From Rickettsiales bacterium (GTDB taxonomy: Bacteria > Pseudomonadota > Alphaproteobacteria > Rickettsiales > JALZUV01), in NCBI GenBank assembly GCA_023301245.1, contig JALZUV010000044.1, positions 1-61,671 of the forward strand: a stretch of DNA of 61,671 nt. Reading direction: 5' to 3'. A model generated the notes under the pieces. The model worked only from the letters and a program-made list of their open reading frames with translations, was not told the DNA's origin and searched no databases. Positions 24,969 to 35,100 of the stretch are shown here, one piece after another. The position numbers and the translations under genes are program-made. Position 1 is the first letter of the stretch; each line of letters opens with the position of its first letter.

Positions 24969-27900
24969 ATGTCATCAGGTTCAGGCGGCGCGGCAGGCCC
25001 ACAATTCGCAGCCATACGAAATGACCTACGGGGCATCGGCTTAGAGTTCGCAGGCATCCATCAAGCGGTGCAGCAAATCAAAGGGACAGTAAACGTATTC
25101 CGTTTGCTAGAGCAACAGCTCGTACTGACCAACTCTGTAGCGGGCGGCACCGTAGAGCAATTCCTACAAATGGAGAAAGTGGCGCGCAGCTTTGCTCTTG
25201 CGTCTACCTTTTCAGCCGCAGAGGCCGCTAACTCATTCTACTTCCTAGCGTCAGCAGGTTTCAGCGTAGAGGAGAGTTTGGCCTCCGCTAACGGCGTGTT
25301 GCTACTAGCACAGGCGACCCTATCCAATATCGGGGAGACCTCAGATATCGTGGCGTCCAACATCCGAGCCTTCGGACTAGAAGCACAAGACGCCTCACGT
25401 ATCTCAAATACACTGGCCGCAACCATCACAAAGTCACAAGCGACCATACAGAAGCTAGGCTTCGCGTTCCGTCAAGTAGGTCCCATTGCCAGCCAAGCGG
25501 GGTTGACCTTTGAGCAAACATCCGCCGCGTTAGGTACGCTATTCGATATCGGTCTACGTGGTGAGCAAGCGGGTACAGCCCTTCGTAACGTCATAGTACG
25601 ATTGCAGGCCCCAACTGGACAAGCTGCGGAACTCATAGAAGCCTTAGGTATTGAGGTCACCGACGCTACGGGTAAGTTCAATGGACTATTCGATATACTA
25701 GAACAACTCGGTAGCAAAAACATATCAGACCAAGACCTATCCTTGTTATTCGGTACAGAGGCCTTATCGGGCGCTAACGCGCTCATAGCGGCCACGGAAG
25801 AGCTAGCGGCGGGGGGTAACAAGCTAAACAACCTAACAGATGCCGTAACAGGCACCGCGACGGCCTACTTGTTAGCACAAAAGCAACTCTCGACCCTCGA
25901 CGGCACAATAAAAATCGCTACATCCAGTTTTAACGATTTACGAATAGGGATGGGCGGATTACTAGCCCCCGTCGTTACGGAAGCCTTGGAGTTATTCATA
26001 GACATATCTCAGGCGTTCCAAGGCAGCTCTGATAGCTCTAAGATTATGACAGCTCAGGTAGCGTTAGCCGTTGGCGGTCTCGTACTAATGACGAAGACCC
26101 TTACAAGCATGGTCCCTTGGCTAACCAACGTAAGTGCGGGCTTCGCTTCCGTATCCGCAGGTGCGACGAGTGTGTCACTAGCAACCAATAATACACGTAA
26201 CCTAGGACGCTCTGCATTAGTAGCTTCACGCGGCATAGGTACACTAGCTGCGGGCATGGGTACGTTGGCCTCTTCTATGTTAGGCCCCGTTGGCGTCGTG
26301 GTAGCGTTGGGTCTTGTAGGTAAAGCCTTGCTCGACTTGCGCAGGTCCTCACAGGATGCTCAGCTAGAAAACATAATAGGGGACTTAGGTTTCGACGAAG
26401 TAAACGCCGACGATGTGTCACGTAGGTTCAAACAGCTTGCGCAACAAACGACCATCGACGAAGAGACAGGCGTAGGCGCTACCAACTCTATCCGCCTTTA
26501 CCAAGAAGAGATTAAGTTACAGAAAGCGGCCCTCCAAGATACTAAGGCAGAGCTGGAAGACCTTCGAGTATCCGCAGACAGTGCCGTAACAGCAGCCGAG
26601 GCGTACACAGAGACCCTAACAAATGAATTGCTTAATGCGTTCGAGCAATTCAACGTAGGTAGTGATAACGGCTTCACAAACTTGCAGAGAGACGAGGGTG
26701 TTAATGCTGCGTTAGACCAATTCCTATTAGAGTTCGGTAACAGTAGCGTAGACTCGATGGAGGGGACGATTAACAGGAACCTAGCCATAACCTTACAAGC
26801 CATCGAAAACAGCACCGTCCCTGACGGGTACAAGAAACAAATGCAGGAAGCTATACAGGCGTCGTTAACGGGCCTATTAGATATCACCGATGAAAACCTT
26901 TTGAATGACTTACGCCGCCAAGCTCGTACAGCCGAGGGCGGAAAAGGGTTCCAAGAGATCATCAAAAGCATAACTACTCTGGACAACGGAGAAGAGCTAT
27001 TCAAACGAAACGCCGAAGACGTTAACCAGCGTATCAGTGATGTAACGGCTGTAATTGAGCGTGAAGAGGCGCGGGTAAAAACTATGACCAACCTCTTCGT
27101 ACAGGAGGTTCGTACATATATAGAAGCCAACGCACAGAATAGCGATGCCGTACTCGAAAGCTATGACGTCATTGTGCGCCTAAATGCAAATTATGAAGAC
27201 GAGCTTAGCAAACGTTTGCTAACGGAGGACGTAACCGCTGCAAGTGAGGCGGGGCGTGTATTCGATATACTACTAAACAATTCTAGTTTCGGTATAACAG
27301 CGGACGACCTACCCGACATAGAGGAAAAGGCTAAATTCAATACACCCCTTATTGACGGCTTCCTAAGTACGTTCGACAAAGCCTTGCGTAAGCAACAGCT
27401 AGAACTCGTACAGGCCATGGCGGACGTATCCACAAACCCTGACGATATACTCGCCGCAGACATAGCCATCCTTAGGCAAGCCCTCGTAAACGATAAAGAG
27501 AACTTCTCCGCCGATGTAGTGAAAGCTTTCGAAGCCTCCCGACTACTTGACGGTAACACAGACATAAGCAAAACAATCGTAGACGCCTTTAAAACGGGAA
27601 CGATTGCCACACAATCAGGTAACGTAGAGTTAGCCAACGGTGCCACAGCCTTTAAGCAAGCCATACTAGACCAGCTATCCGCTGCCATGTTTGCTGACGG
27701 GGGTACGGGGGGAGAGGGTAACATAGCTGCCGCGTCACAACTGATAGACCGTTATACAGACGGCCTAAACGTCATTGGTGCTAGGTTCACACAAGAGGTA
27801 AACGAGACACAGCTAGTGGCGGCAAGAAAAGCCAAACAGGCAACCTTCGCCCTGCGCTTCCCGTTCGAGACACAACTCGCTCTAAACCTAGAGAAGCTAC

Positions 27901-29462
27901 AAGCAGAAGGGGCCGACGCGCTAGCTAACGCAGTGGGTACTCTAGGGGTTGGTGCCGACCAGACAGCGGCTATTAGCGAGGCGGAGTTCGCCCTACGTTC
28001 TCGCAATGAAGCTTTGCGCACGCAATACGAGGGCCTATTCGTAACGCATGTCGTACAGGGAACGGACGAAAGCATAAACGAGGCTTTACGCGCTGCGTTC
28101 TCTGGACGGGACCTAGACGGACTTAGCCTAGGGGACTTGGTAGACAATAAGGATATCTATATATCAAAGGCGCTAGCACTACTCACGGCTACGTTGCCTG
28201 ATGATACGCCTGACTACCAGCAACGCATTGAGCAAGCGCGGCAACTATTGGACAACCTTGCGACACAAGCACAAGCCGAAGGTCAAAAGACAAACAACGT
28301 AATAATGGCCTTATCTCAGGAGCGCCGTAAAGCGATTTCAGACTTCGAAGCCGAGATACGCTTAAACACTGACGAAGCAGTAGCCAGTAAGGCGGCGTTG
28401 CAGGCGTCTATTGCGGAGCTTACGGGGCAGGGGAACCTAACAGACCTAATAATCAATGAGCGACAAACGTCTATCATAGCCGATACCTCTAATGAGATCA
28501 CCTCCATTACTGCCGCGTATGACGAACTCTTACTTCGCGCCTCAGGAGACGTGGATACAACGGCCCTTCTCATAGAGCAAAAGGAATACTTGCTAGAGCT
28601 TACGTTGCAACAAGAGGAAGCTGAGCTACGGTACTACGATAGTGCTGAGGGTAGGTCAGCTGCCTCGCTACAAGCGCAGCAAGCACAAGTAGATTTATTT
28701 ATAAGCCAGAATAGGAATACGGGAACTATCGTGGATGGTATGGCCGCTGCTGCACGACAATTGTCGATAGACTTACCTACTCGTTTTACATTAGGTATGC
28801 AACTCATGCAAACTGGCGTGACAGAATTCTCTTCTATCATGTCTAATACGTTGCTAGGTATGGAGGATGACTTCGCAGGTGCCATGGCTGGTATGCTTCG
28901 TGGGTTTGCACAGATGATACTACAGAACATAATACAGGCACTTGTATTAAAGGCTATCATGTCATTTATACCGGGATTGAATGTGGTATCAGGTATATCG
29001 GGCGCTGGCGCACAGGCAGCTAGTGGGGTAGCACAAGCTACTGGTATACTAGGCTCCCTAGGCGCTACAGGGTCGCCCACACCTAGTGCTAAAGGTAATA
29101 TGTTCGACCCCAACGGACAAATTATAAAAGACTACACGGAATTCAATATGGGATACGGCGGACGGGGTTCGGCAGCGGAGGTAGCACAGGAAGCCATCAT
29201 GCCTATGGGGCGGGATAGCCAAGGACGTCTTGGCGTCATACTTGCCGACGACCACAGAACCGCGACTAACCAAGGGATGGTAGTAAATCACGGCGCTATT
29301 GTGGTGAATGTAGAAAGTAGTGGTGGAAACGAAGAGCAAGATAACGAGCAGGGTAAAGTAATCGCCAAGCAAGTAAGCGAGATGATGAAAGCCCGTGAAC
29401 AAGCATCCATGCAGAAGTCCGCTAAGCGGGGCGATGCAGCAACGAGTAGGATTAGGAACTAG
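24969..29462 (+). CDS. tail tape measure protein
   Basis: 1497 aa, Ala/Leu/Gln-rich helical protein with Gly-rich hydrophobic stretches. Sits between the chaperones and the gpM-like gene. Confidence 0.9.
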   Translation: MSSGSGGAAGPQFAAIRNDLRGIGLEFAGIHQAVQQIKGTVNVFRLLEQQLVLTNSVAGGTVEQFLQMEKVARSFALASTFSAAEAANSFYFLASAGFSVEESLASANGVLLLAQATLSNIGETSDIVASNIRAFGLEAQDASRISNTLAATITKSQATIQKLGFAFRQVGPIASQAGLTFEQTSAALGTLFDIGLRGEQAGTALRNVIVRLQAPTGQAAELIEALGIEVTDATGKFNGLFDILEQLGSKNISDQDLSLLFGTEALSGANALIAATEELAAGGNKLNNLTDAVTGTATAYLLAQKQLSTLDGTIKIATSSFNDLRIGMGGLLAPVVTEALELFIDISQAFQGSSDSSKIMTAQVALAVGGLVLMTKTLTSMVPWLTNVSAGFASVSAGATSVSLATNNTRNLGRSALVASRGIGTLAAGMGTLASSMLGPVGVVVALGLVGKALLDLRRSSQDAQLENIIGDLGFDEVNADDVSRRFKQLAQQTTIDEETGVGATNSIRLYQEEIKLQKAALQDTKAELEDLRVSADSAVTAAEAYTETLTNELLNAFEQFNVGSDNGFTNLQRDEGVNAALDQFLLEFGNSSVDSMEGTINRNLAITLQAIENSTVPDGYKKQMQEAIQASLTGLLDITDENLLNDLRRQARTAEGGKGFQEIIKSITTLDNGEELFKRNAEDVNQRISDVTAVIEREEARVKTMTNLFVQEVRTYIEANAQNSDAVLESYDVIVRLNANYEDELSKRLLTEDVTAASEAGRVFDILLNNSSFGITADDLPDIEEKAKFNTPLIDGFLSTFDKALRKQQLELVQAMADVSTNPDDILAADIAILRQALVNDKENFSADVVKAFEASRLLDGNTDISKTIVDAFKTGTIATQSGNVELANGATAFKQAILDQLSAAMFADGGTGGEGNIAAASQLIDRYTDGLNVIGARFTQEVNETQLVAARKAKQATFALRFPFETQLALNLEKLQAEGADALANAVGTLGVGADQTAAISEAEFALRSRNEALRTQYEGLFVTHVVQGTDESINEALRAAFSGRDLDGLSLGDLVDNKDIYISKALALLTATLPDDTPDYQQRIEQARQLLDNLATQAQAEGQKTNNVIMALSQERRKAISDFEAEIRLNTDEAVASKAALQASIAELTGQGNLTDLIINERQTSIIADTSNEITSITAAYDELLLRASGDVDTTALLIEQKEYLLELTLQQEEAELRYYDSAEGRSAASLQAQQAQVDLFISQNRNTGTIVDGMAAAARQLSIDLPTRFTLGMQLMQTGVTEFSSIMSNTLLGMEDDFAGAMAGMLRGFAQMILQNIIQALVLKAIMSFIPGLNVVSGISGAGAQAASGVAQATGILGSLGATGSPTPSAKGNMFDPNGQIIKDYTEFNMGYGGRGSAAEVAQEAIMPMGRDSQGRLGVILADDHRTATNQGMVVNHGAIVVNVESSGGNEEQDNEQGKVIAKQVSEMMKAREQASMQKSAKRGDAATSRIRN
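27208..27219. repeat. palindrome copy 13 (tape measure; SKRLL)
   Basis: Exact match; TTAGCAAACGTTTGCTAA 18-bp palindrome. Confidence 0.95.
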
Positions 29463-29464
29463 AC

Positions 29465-29824
29465 ATGCCTGAGTTACCCATCACATTATCACCTGCTATT
29501 AAGCCTGACGAAAACTATACAGTAGCTAATAAGCCAAGGGTTCTCGTCAACAAGTTTAATGACGGCTATGCGTCCCATACGGGGGATGGTATCAACAACG
29601 ACTTGGAAACCTTCACGTTGTCTTGGAAAAACCTAACGTACACCACAGAAGGCGAACCTATCTTGAACGTTTTGGTAGAACGTGCGGGATACAAGCCAGT
29701 GCTCTATACGCGGGACGGACAAAGTACGCAGCGGCGATACATAATACCCTCGTGGAGCCACAAGCGGCATGACGGGGTATTCGTTGACATAACGGCTAAG
29801 TTTGAGGAAATCGCTAATGGCTAA
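29465..29824 (+). CDS. minor tail protein (lambda M-like)
   Basis: 119 aa, first gene after the tape measure, in conserved M-L-K-I-J order. Confidence 0.65.
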   Translation: MPELPITLSPAIKPDENYTVANKPRVLVNKFNDGYASHTGDGINNDLETFTLSWKNLTYTTEGEPILNVLVERAGYKPVLYTRDGQSTQRRYIIPSWSHKRHDGVFVDITAKFEEIANG

Positions 29825-30533
29825 CGAATTTGAAAGAGACGTACAGTCACTACACAGTGGCGTGCGTGTAGAGCTATATGCGCTAGACTTAACCTACATA
29901 GGCTTTAACGAGGTTTTGTACTTCACACCGTCCAACTTTGGGAGCGCAGCCGTATCATTCAAGGGGCAGGTCTACACAAACGCATCCTTGAAAGCGTCTG
30001 GGTTTAAGAAAACCAAGGGCGAAGACTTTGCGGAACCCACACTCAGTGTCGGTAACGTCGGGGGACTTGCAGCTGGTCTACTATCAGCTTACGAAGGCCT
30101 CATAGGCGCACAGCTTACACGGACTATAACGCTAGCAAAGTACCTAGACGGAGGAGCCAACGCAGCTACACCCGCAAGTCACTTGCCTGAGATATACTGG
30201 GTAGAGCAAAAGCTAAACCACAATAAGCTCGTAGTGGAGTTCAAGCTATCCGCGTTCTTAGACCTTAGCGAAACCAAGCTGCCCCGCCGTCGTGTATTCA
30301 AAAACATATGTGAGCGTGAGTATAGGTTCTGGAACGCGGAAGCTGGCGTATTCTTATACACGGCGGCAGAATGCCCATACGCGGGGGCGAACTACTTTAA
30401 ACGAGATGGTACACCTACCGCCAACCCAGCCGAAGACGCATGCGGCAAAGACTTTTCATCTTGTAGATTGCGCTTCCCTAAGGAAACGTTACCAACATGG
30501 GCATGTCCCGGCGTAAGGAATAGGAGAATATAA
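29817..30533 (+). CDS. minor tail protein (lambda L-like)
   Basis: VRVELYALDLTYIGFNEVLYFTP is an L-family N-terminus. C-terminal Cys cluster CPYAGANYF...ACGKDFSSCRLRF. ATG 29817 has a GAGGAA SD. Confidence 0.75.
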   Translation: MANEFERDVQSLHSGVRVELYALDLTYIGFNEVLYFTPSNFGSAAVSFKGQVYTNASLKASGFKKTKGEDFAEPTLSVGNVGGLAAGLLSAYEGLIGAQLTRTITLAKYLDGGANAATPASHLPEIYWVEQKLNHNKLVVEFKLSAFLDLSETKLPRRRVFKNICEREYRFWNAEAGVFLYTAAECPYAGANYFKRDGTPTANPAEDACGKDFSSCRLRFPKETLPTWACPGVRNRRI

Positions 30534-31309
30534 TGGAGATCAAAGGTAAACTATATCTCGATATACTCGATCACTACCAAGAGAACGAGAACCGAGAAGT
30601 CTGTGGCGTAATCTACGAGGGTGAGTACATTCGCATTGCAAACGTTTGCGAAACTGAAATCCTTAGAGACGACGACGGAAATCCAATACTTGACGAGAGC
30701 GGGAACGAGCAACCCAAGTCCCTAGACAACTTCGAATTCTCAGAAGCCGATGCTGCGGAGTGGGTATACTCTAAGAAAGCGGAAGCCCTCGTACATACGC
30801 ATGTAAACGGCAAGCTATATCCCAGCTTAAGAGATCAGCAGAACCAAGTAGCTACGGGCATACCTTGGGTAATCATGGGGCGTACAGCCAATGGAACCAT
30901 AGATCACTTCGTATGGGGCGAGAAAACCGCGTTAGAGCTACCTTTATACGGGCGTCCGTTCCGACATGCGGTCACCGATTGCTATGAAGCGATACGCGCT
31001 TATTACTGGCAGGTCCTACACATTTATTTGGAGCCTGCACCACGCCATAACGATTGGTGGGACCTACCCGATGACCTCTATATGGAGAACTATAAAAAGT
31101 GGGGTTTCCGCGAAGTTGACTTAAATACGGAAACCCCATTGAAAGATGACGTGTTTATGGTAAAGCTAGGGACGACCAAATATAACCATGCAGGTGTTCT
31201 ACTTCACGATAACAGGGGTTACCACCATAGGGCGGGACGACTTTCTGGCGATACGGGAATAGGCCACTACCGTAATGCAGGCCTCAAATTCTATAGGTAC
31301 ATAAAATGA
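30533..31309 (+). CDS. tail tip protein (lambda K-like; JAB/MPN + NlpC/P60)
   Basis: EVCGVIYEG...ALVHTHVNG is a JAB/MPN-type signature. DCYEAIRAYY ... HAGVLL is an NlpC/P60-like Cys/His pair. Confidence 0.75.
   Translation: MEIKGKLYLDILDHYQENENREVCGVIYEGEYIRIANVCETEILRDDDGNPILDESGNEQPKSLDNFEFSEADAAEWVYSKKAEALVHTHVNGKLYPSLRDQQNQVATGIPWVIMGRTANGTIDHFVWGEKTALELPLYGRPFRHAVTDCYEAIRAYYWQVLHIYLEPAPRHNDWWDLPDDLYMENYKKWGFREVDLNTETPLKDDVFMVKLGTTKYNHAGVLLHDNRGYHHRAGRLSGDTGIGHYRNAGLKFYRYIK
30638..30649. repeat. palindrome copy 14 (K-like gene; ANVC)
   Basis: Exact match. Confidence 0.95.
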
Positions 31310-32118
31310 ATACGATACATCTACACGGCTACCTGTCACAATTCGGCACAGGCTTTGAGCTATCCATAAACAGCGTGGGCGAAGCCGTCCGCGCTATCGG
31401 CGTTCAAATATCTGGCTTCCTAGACGCGTTAAAGGACGGGGAATACCGCGTCATACTCGGGTCTTTAGAGACTGATATAAACGACAGCAACCACCTTACG
31501 GAAGACGAACTAGGCATGGCCTTTAATGGGCAGGATATCCACATAGTACCTCACGTTGCGGGAAGTGGCAATGCGGGCCTAAACAAGCTGCTTGTCGGTC
31601 TGGTTATCGTCGGCGCATCCTTCCTAATTCCGGGAGTAGGCTCAGGCCTAGCGGCGGCGTGGGCATCTGGCGCAGGTATCGCAGGTATCGGGGCCATCGG
31701 TGTAACCTATGGTACAATTGGTCTTATTGGCGTAGGCCTAGCTTTGGGCGGTCTTGCCATGTTGATCGCCCCGACACCACAGGCCCCCGACCCCAACGAT
31801 AGCGAGAGTACCCCATCTAACTTCACGTTCACTGGTCCTGTTAATCTGTCAGAGCAAGGCCACGTAATCCCACCCGTTTACGGCAAATTCCGTATGGGGA
31901 CTATTACAGTATCCGCAGAGATGGAAACACAATCCATACAGGCGGGGTACTGGCAATACAGAAATACAGGCGGTGTATTTGGTGGGGGGTTGGATAGGTT
32001 GCTGGGACCTACGTGGGTTGCTTACGACGACAACACCGCATACTCAAACGGGTATGACGCTTACGCACTACAGAGTGCCCAGTTCCCTAACTGGCCTAGC
32101 ACTGCACAACTTATTTAA
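31306..32118 (+). CDS. tail assembly protein (lambda I-like)
   Basis: MNTIHLHGYLSQFGTGFELSINSVGEAVRAIGVQISGF matches the lambda I N-terminus, followed by a Gly/Ala-rich hydrophobic segment. Confidence 0.75.
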   Translation: MNTIHLHGYLSQFGTGFELSINSVGEAVRAIGVQISGFLDALKDGEYRVILGSLETDINDSNHLTEDELGMAFNGQDIHIVPHVAGSGNAGLNKLLVGLVIVGASFLIPGVGSGLAAAWASGAGIAGIGAIGVTYGTIGLIGVGLALGGLAMLIAPTPQAPDPNDSESTPSNFTFTGPVNLSEQGHVIPPVYGKFRMGTITVSAEMETQSIQAGYWQYRNTGGVFGGGLDRLLGPTWVAYDDNTAYSNGYDAYALQSAQFPNWPSTAQLI

Positions 32119-32130
32119 GAGACTATTGAT

Positions 32131-35100
32131 ATGGCTAAACGTATAGACGAGAATGGCTCATTTATAGCTAGCGGTGCAGGCGGCGGCAAGTCGGGGGGTT
32201 CCAGTTCTCCTACAGAAGCACCTAACAGCCTCAAAGCCAAAAGTGTTGCTCGTATATTAGAGATAATCGCCGAGGGACCTATTAAAGGCCTCGTAGATGG
32301 GGACAAATCCCTATTCTTCAACAAAGTGCCTTATGCTAACGCAGATGGTGGATTAAACTTTGACGGCATATCCTACGCGTTCCTCAATGGTTCCCCTGAC
32401 CAAGAGGCCTTAGAGGGCTTCACAGATATAACCACGACCATATCCGTATCTACAGAGGTGGATAGAAGCACATCTGTCATACGTCGTATAACAAACCCAG
32501 ACGTAGATACGACAGTTGTCACGGTATCCGTACCTAACCTCACAAAGCTTGATAGTAAAACAGGTGACCTTAACGGGTCTCGTGTAGACGTTGCTGTATA
32601 CGTAAAATCAGACGCAGATGCTTCTGGTAGTGTGTACGTCCGTAAAGTTAGGGACATTATACAGGGTAAGACGACATCCACATATGAGCGTGCCTACAGA
32701 ATTCCGTTGGAGGGGGAAGGGCCTTGGGATATCAAGATGGAGCGTATTACAGCTGACAGTTCGTCTAGTACCTTGCAGAATTCTACATTCTTTACTCGTT
32801 ATTCTGAAATCATATCGCATAAGATTGCCTACCAAGATAGTGTAATCCTCGCGACAGAAGTAGACGCCGAACTATTCGGGTCATCCCCGCCATCACGGGC
32901 TGTTGAAATATACGGTCTTCTTGTAAATTACCCGTCCAACTACGACCCAGACACCCGAACCTACACAGGGCTATGGGATGGTACATTTACCTTCGGTTAC
33001 TGTAACAACCCTGCGTGGGTCCTATGGGATATGCTAACCAGTAGGAAGCATGGTGCGAGGCTACCCGCTGCCTACATAGACAAATGGGGTTTCTACGAGG
33101 TTGCTCAATACTCAGACGAGCTTGTAAGCGATGGACTAGGCGGCACAGAGCCACGCTTCACCTTTAACGGCACAGTACAGACGCGGGAAGATGCTTACAA
33201 AGTCATCCAATCCATCGCGTCTATGATGCGTTCCGCGGCCTACTTCTCGACAGGTCTTATACGCCTATCACAAGACAAGCCAGCGGCTCCCGAAAAACTA
33301 TTCAACCAGACCAATGTCATAGGAGACTTCAACTACTCAGGCACCGCCCGTGCAGCACGCCACACCGTAGCGCAAGTACAATGGGTAAACCCTGAGATAG
33401 ACTACGAGAGCGACATAGAAGTGGTCGAGAACCGAGCAGCTATCTTGAAATACGGATACCGTGCGCTAGACCTTACAGCCTTCGGTACAACGTCACGAGG
33501 GCAAGCCCACAGACAGGGCCGTTACGTCTTGGCGACAGAAGAGCTTGAAAGCGAGATCGTACAATTCAAGGTCGGACAAGATAGCGCAGACCTATTGCCC
33601 GGAGATGTCATTCTCGTAAGTGACCCAAGCCAATCAACTGCCGAGGTCGGGGGCCGAAACATTGGCGCAACCCTAACCACACTATCGCTAGATAGACATA
33701 TCGTCGTAGCCCCTACGAAGAATTGCTTCATCACATTCCATCTAGCCGATGGGACGCCTCACGTATCCGCTATCACGAGTGACAACGAGAGTACGAACAT
33801 AGTCACCTTGGTAACGCCAATACCAGACGCGGACTTACTGCCCGACGCACTAAGCTCTATATGGGTTATGTATAACGACGACATAGAGCCTAAGCCGTTC
33901 CGTATTATGGACATAGAAGAAGAGGAACCTAACGAGTATAAAATCGTAGCCTCTCAGTACGCGGAAGAGAAGTTCAATATAGTTGACAACTTCCTTGACA
34001 TTGAAGCGGGGGATAACAGCTATTCCAGCCTCGCCAACCCTACGGCCATTGGCGCAGTAACAGGACTAGACCTATCTTTCCGCTCTCGCTTGCAAGACGG
34101 CAGAGTGCGTATGTACGCCGAGCTTGATTGGGTTCAACCAGACGCCGAGCAAGTGCGCGGCTACGTTGTCTCCTACCAGTACGAAAACAACAACTGGATA
34201 CAATTGCCAGAGGTGCAAACTACAAATATTGAATTGACGGACATCATCGCGGGCGAGTATCGCTTCGTTGTACGTGCCGTTAACATGTTCGGTATCATGT
34301 CCCCTCGTACGGCCATTGACGGGAACTTCGGTAATGCAGACGCGTCTACGCAGGCCCCTATCAGCAACCTATTATCGGAGCTTGGTAACACATTATTCGA
34401 AGGAGCTGATTGCACCGTATCGTGGAATTCCGAGAGTATCGTATCCGATGCGACAGACGTTACGGATGGTAAAGACCCATTCTTTAAACACTTCCTCATA
34501 GACGTTTACAATGCTGAGGGGACAAAGCTTCTACGCAGTGAGACAACCAAGGACACACACTTCAACTACACCTACGCTATGAACGAAGCGGATAACGGCA
34601 GTGCCGTACGGTCTTTCCAAATTCGCGTAGCCTTCGTTGATGTGAACGACAACACTTCCACCTACCTTTCGCAAACGTTTGCGAACCCACAAGCAAATAA
34701 CCCTACGGTTACCGCAGAGGGTCAGAACGGACGAGTGACACTGACTTATCCTAGGCCACTGCACCCTGACTTCTCTGGTCTTAGAGTTCACGCATCCACG
34801 TCACAAGACTTCACGGTTAACGAAGGTAGCATAGTCTATGAGGGGTCGGGAGACCCAAGCTGGCCAGCACCTAGCGGAACCCCCGTCTATTACCGCTACG
34901 CAGCATACGATAGTTTCGGTAAGGACGGCCTTGTATACAGTGCAGAGGGCGTAGTAACCACAACGGCAGTGTCCCTTGACGACATGCCCGTAGAATTCTC
35001 GATCATCGAAGGAGAAATAGCGGCAGCGCAAGCCCAGCTAGACGACCTAGAAGAGGCCTATGGTGACAGCCAAAGTGCAGCCGCATCCACAGCAGCAGCC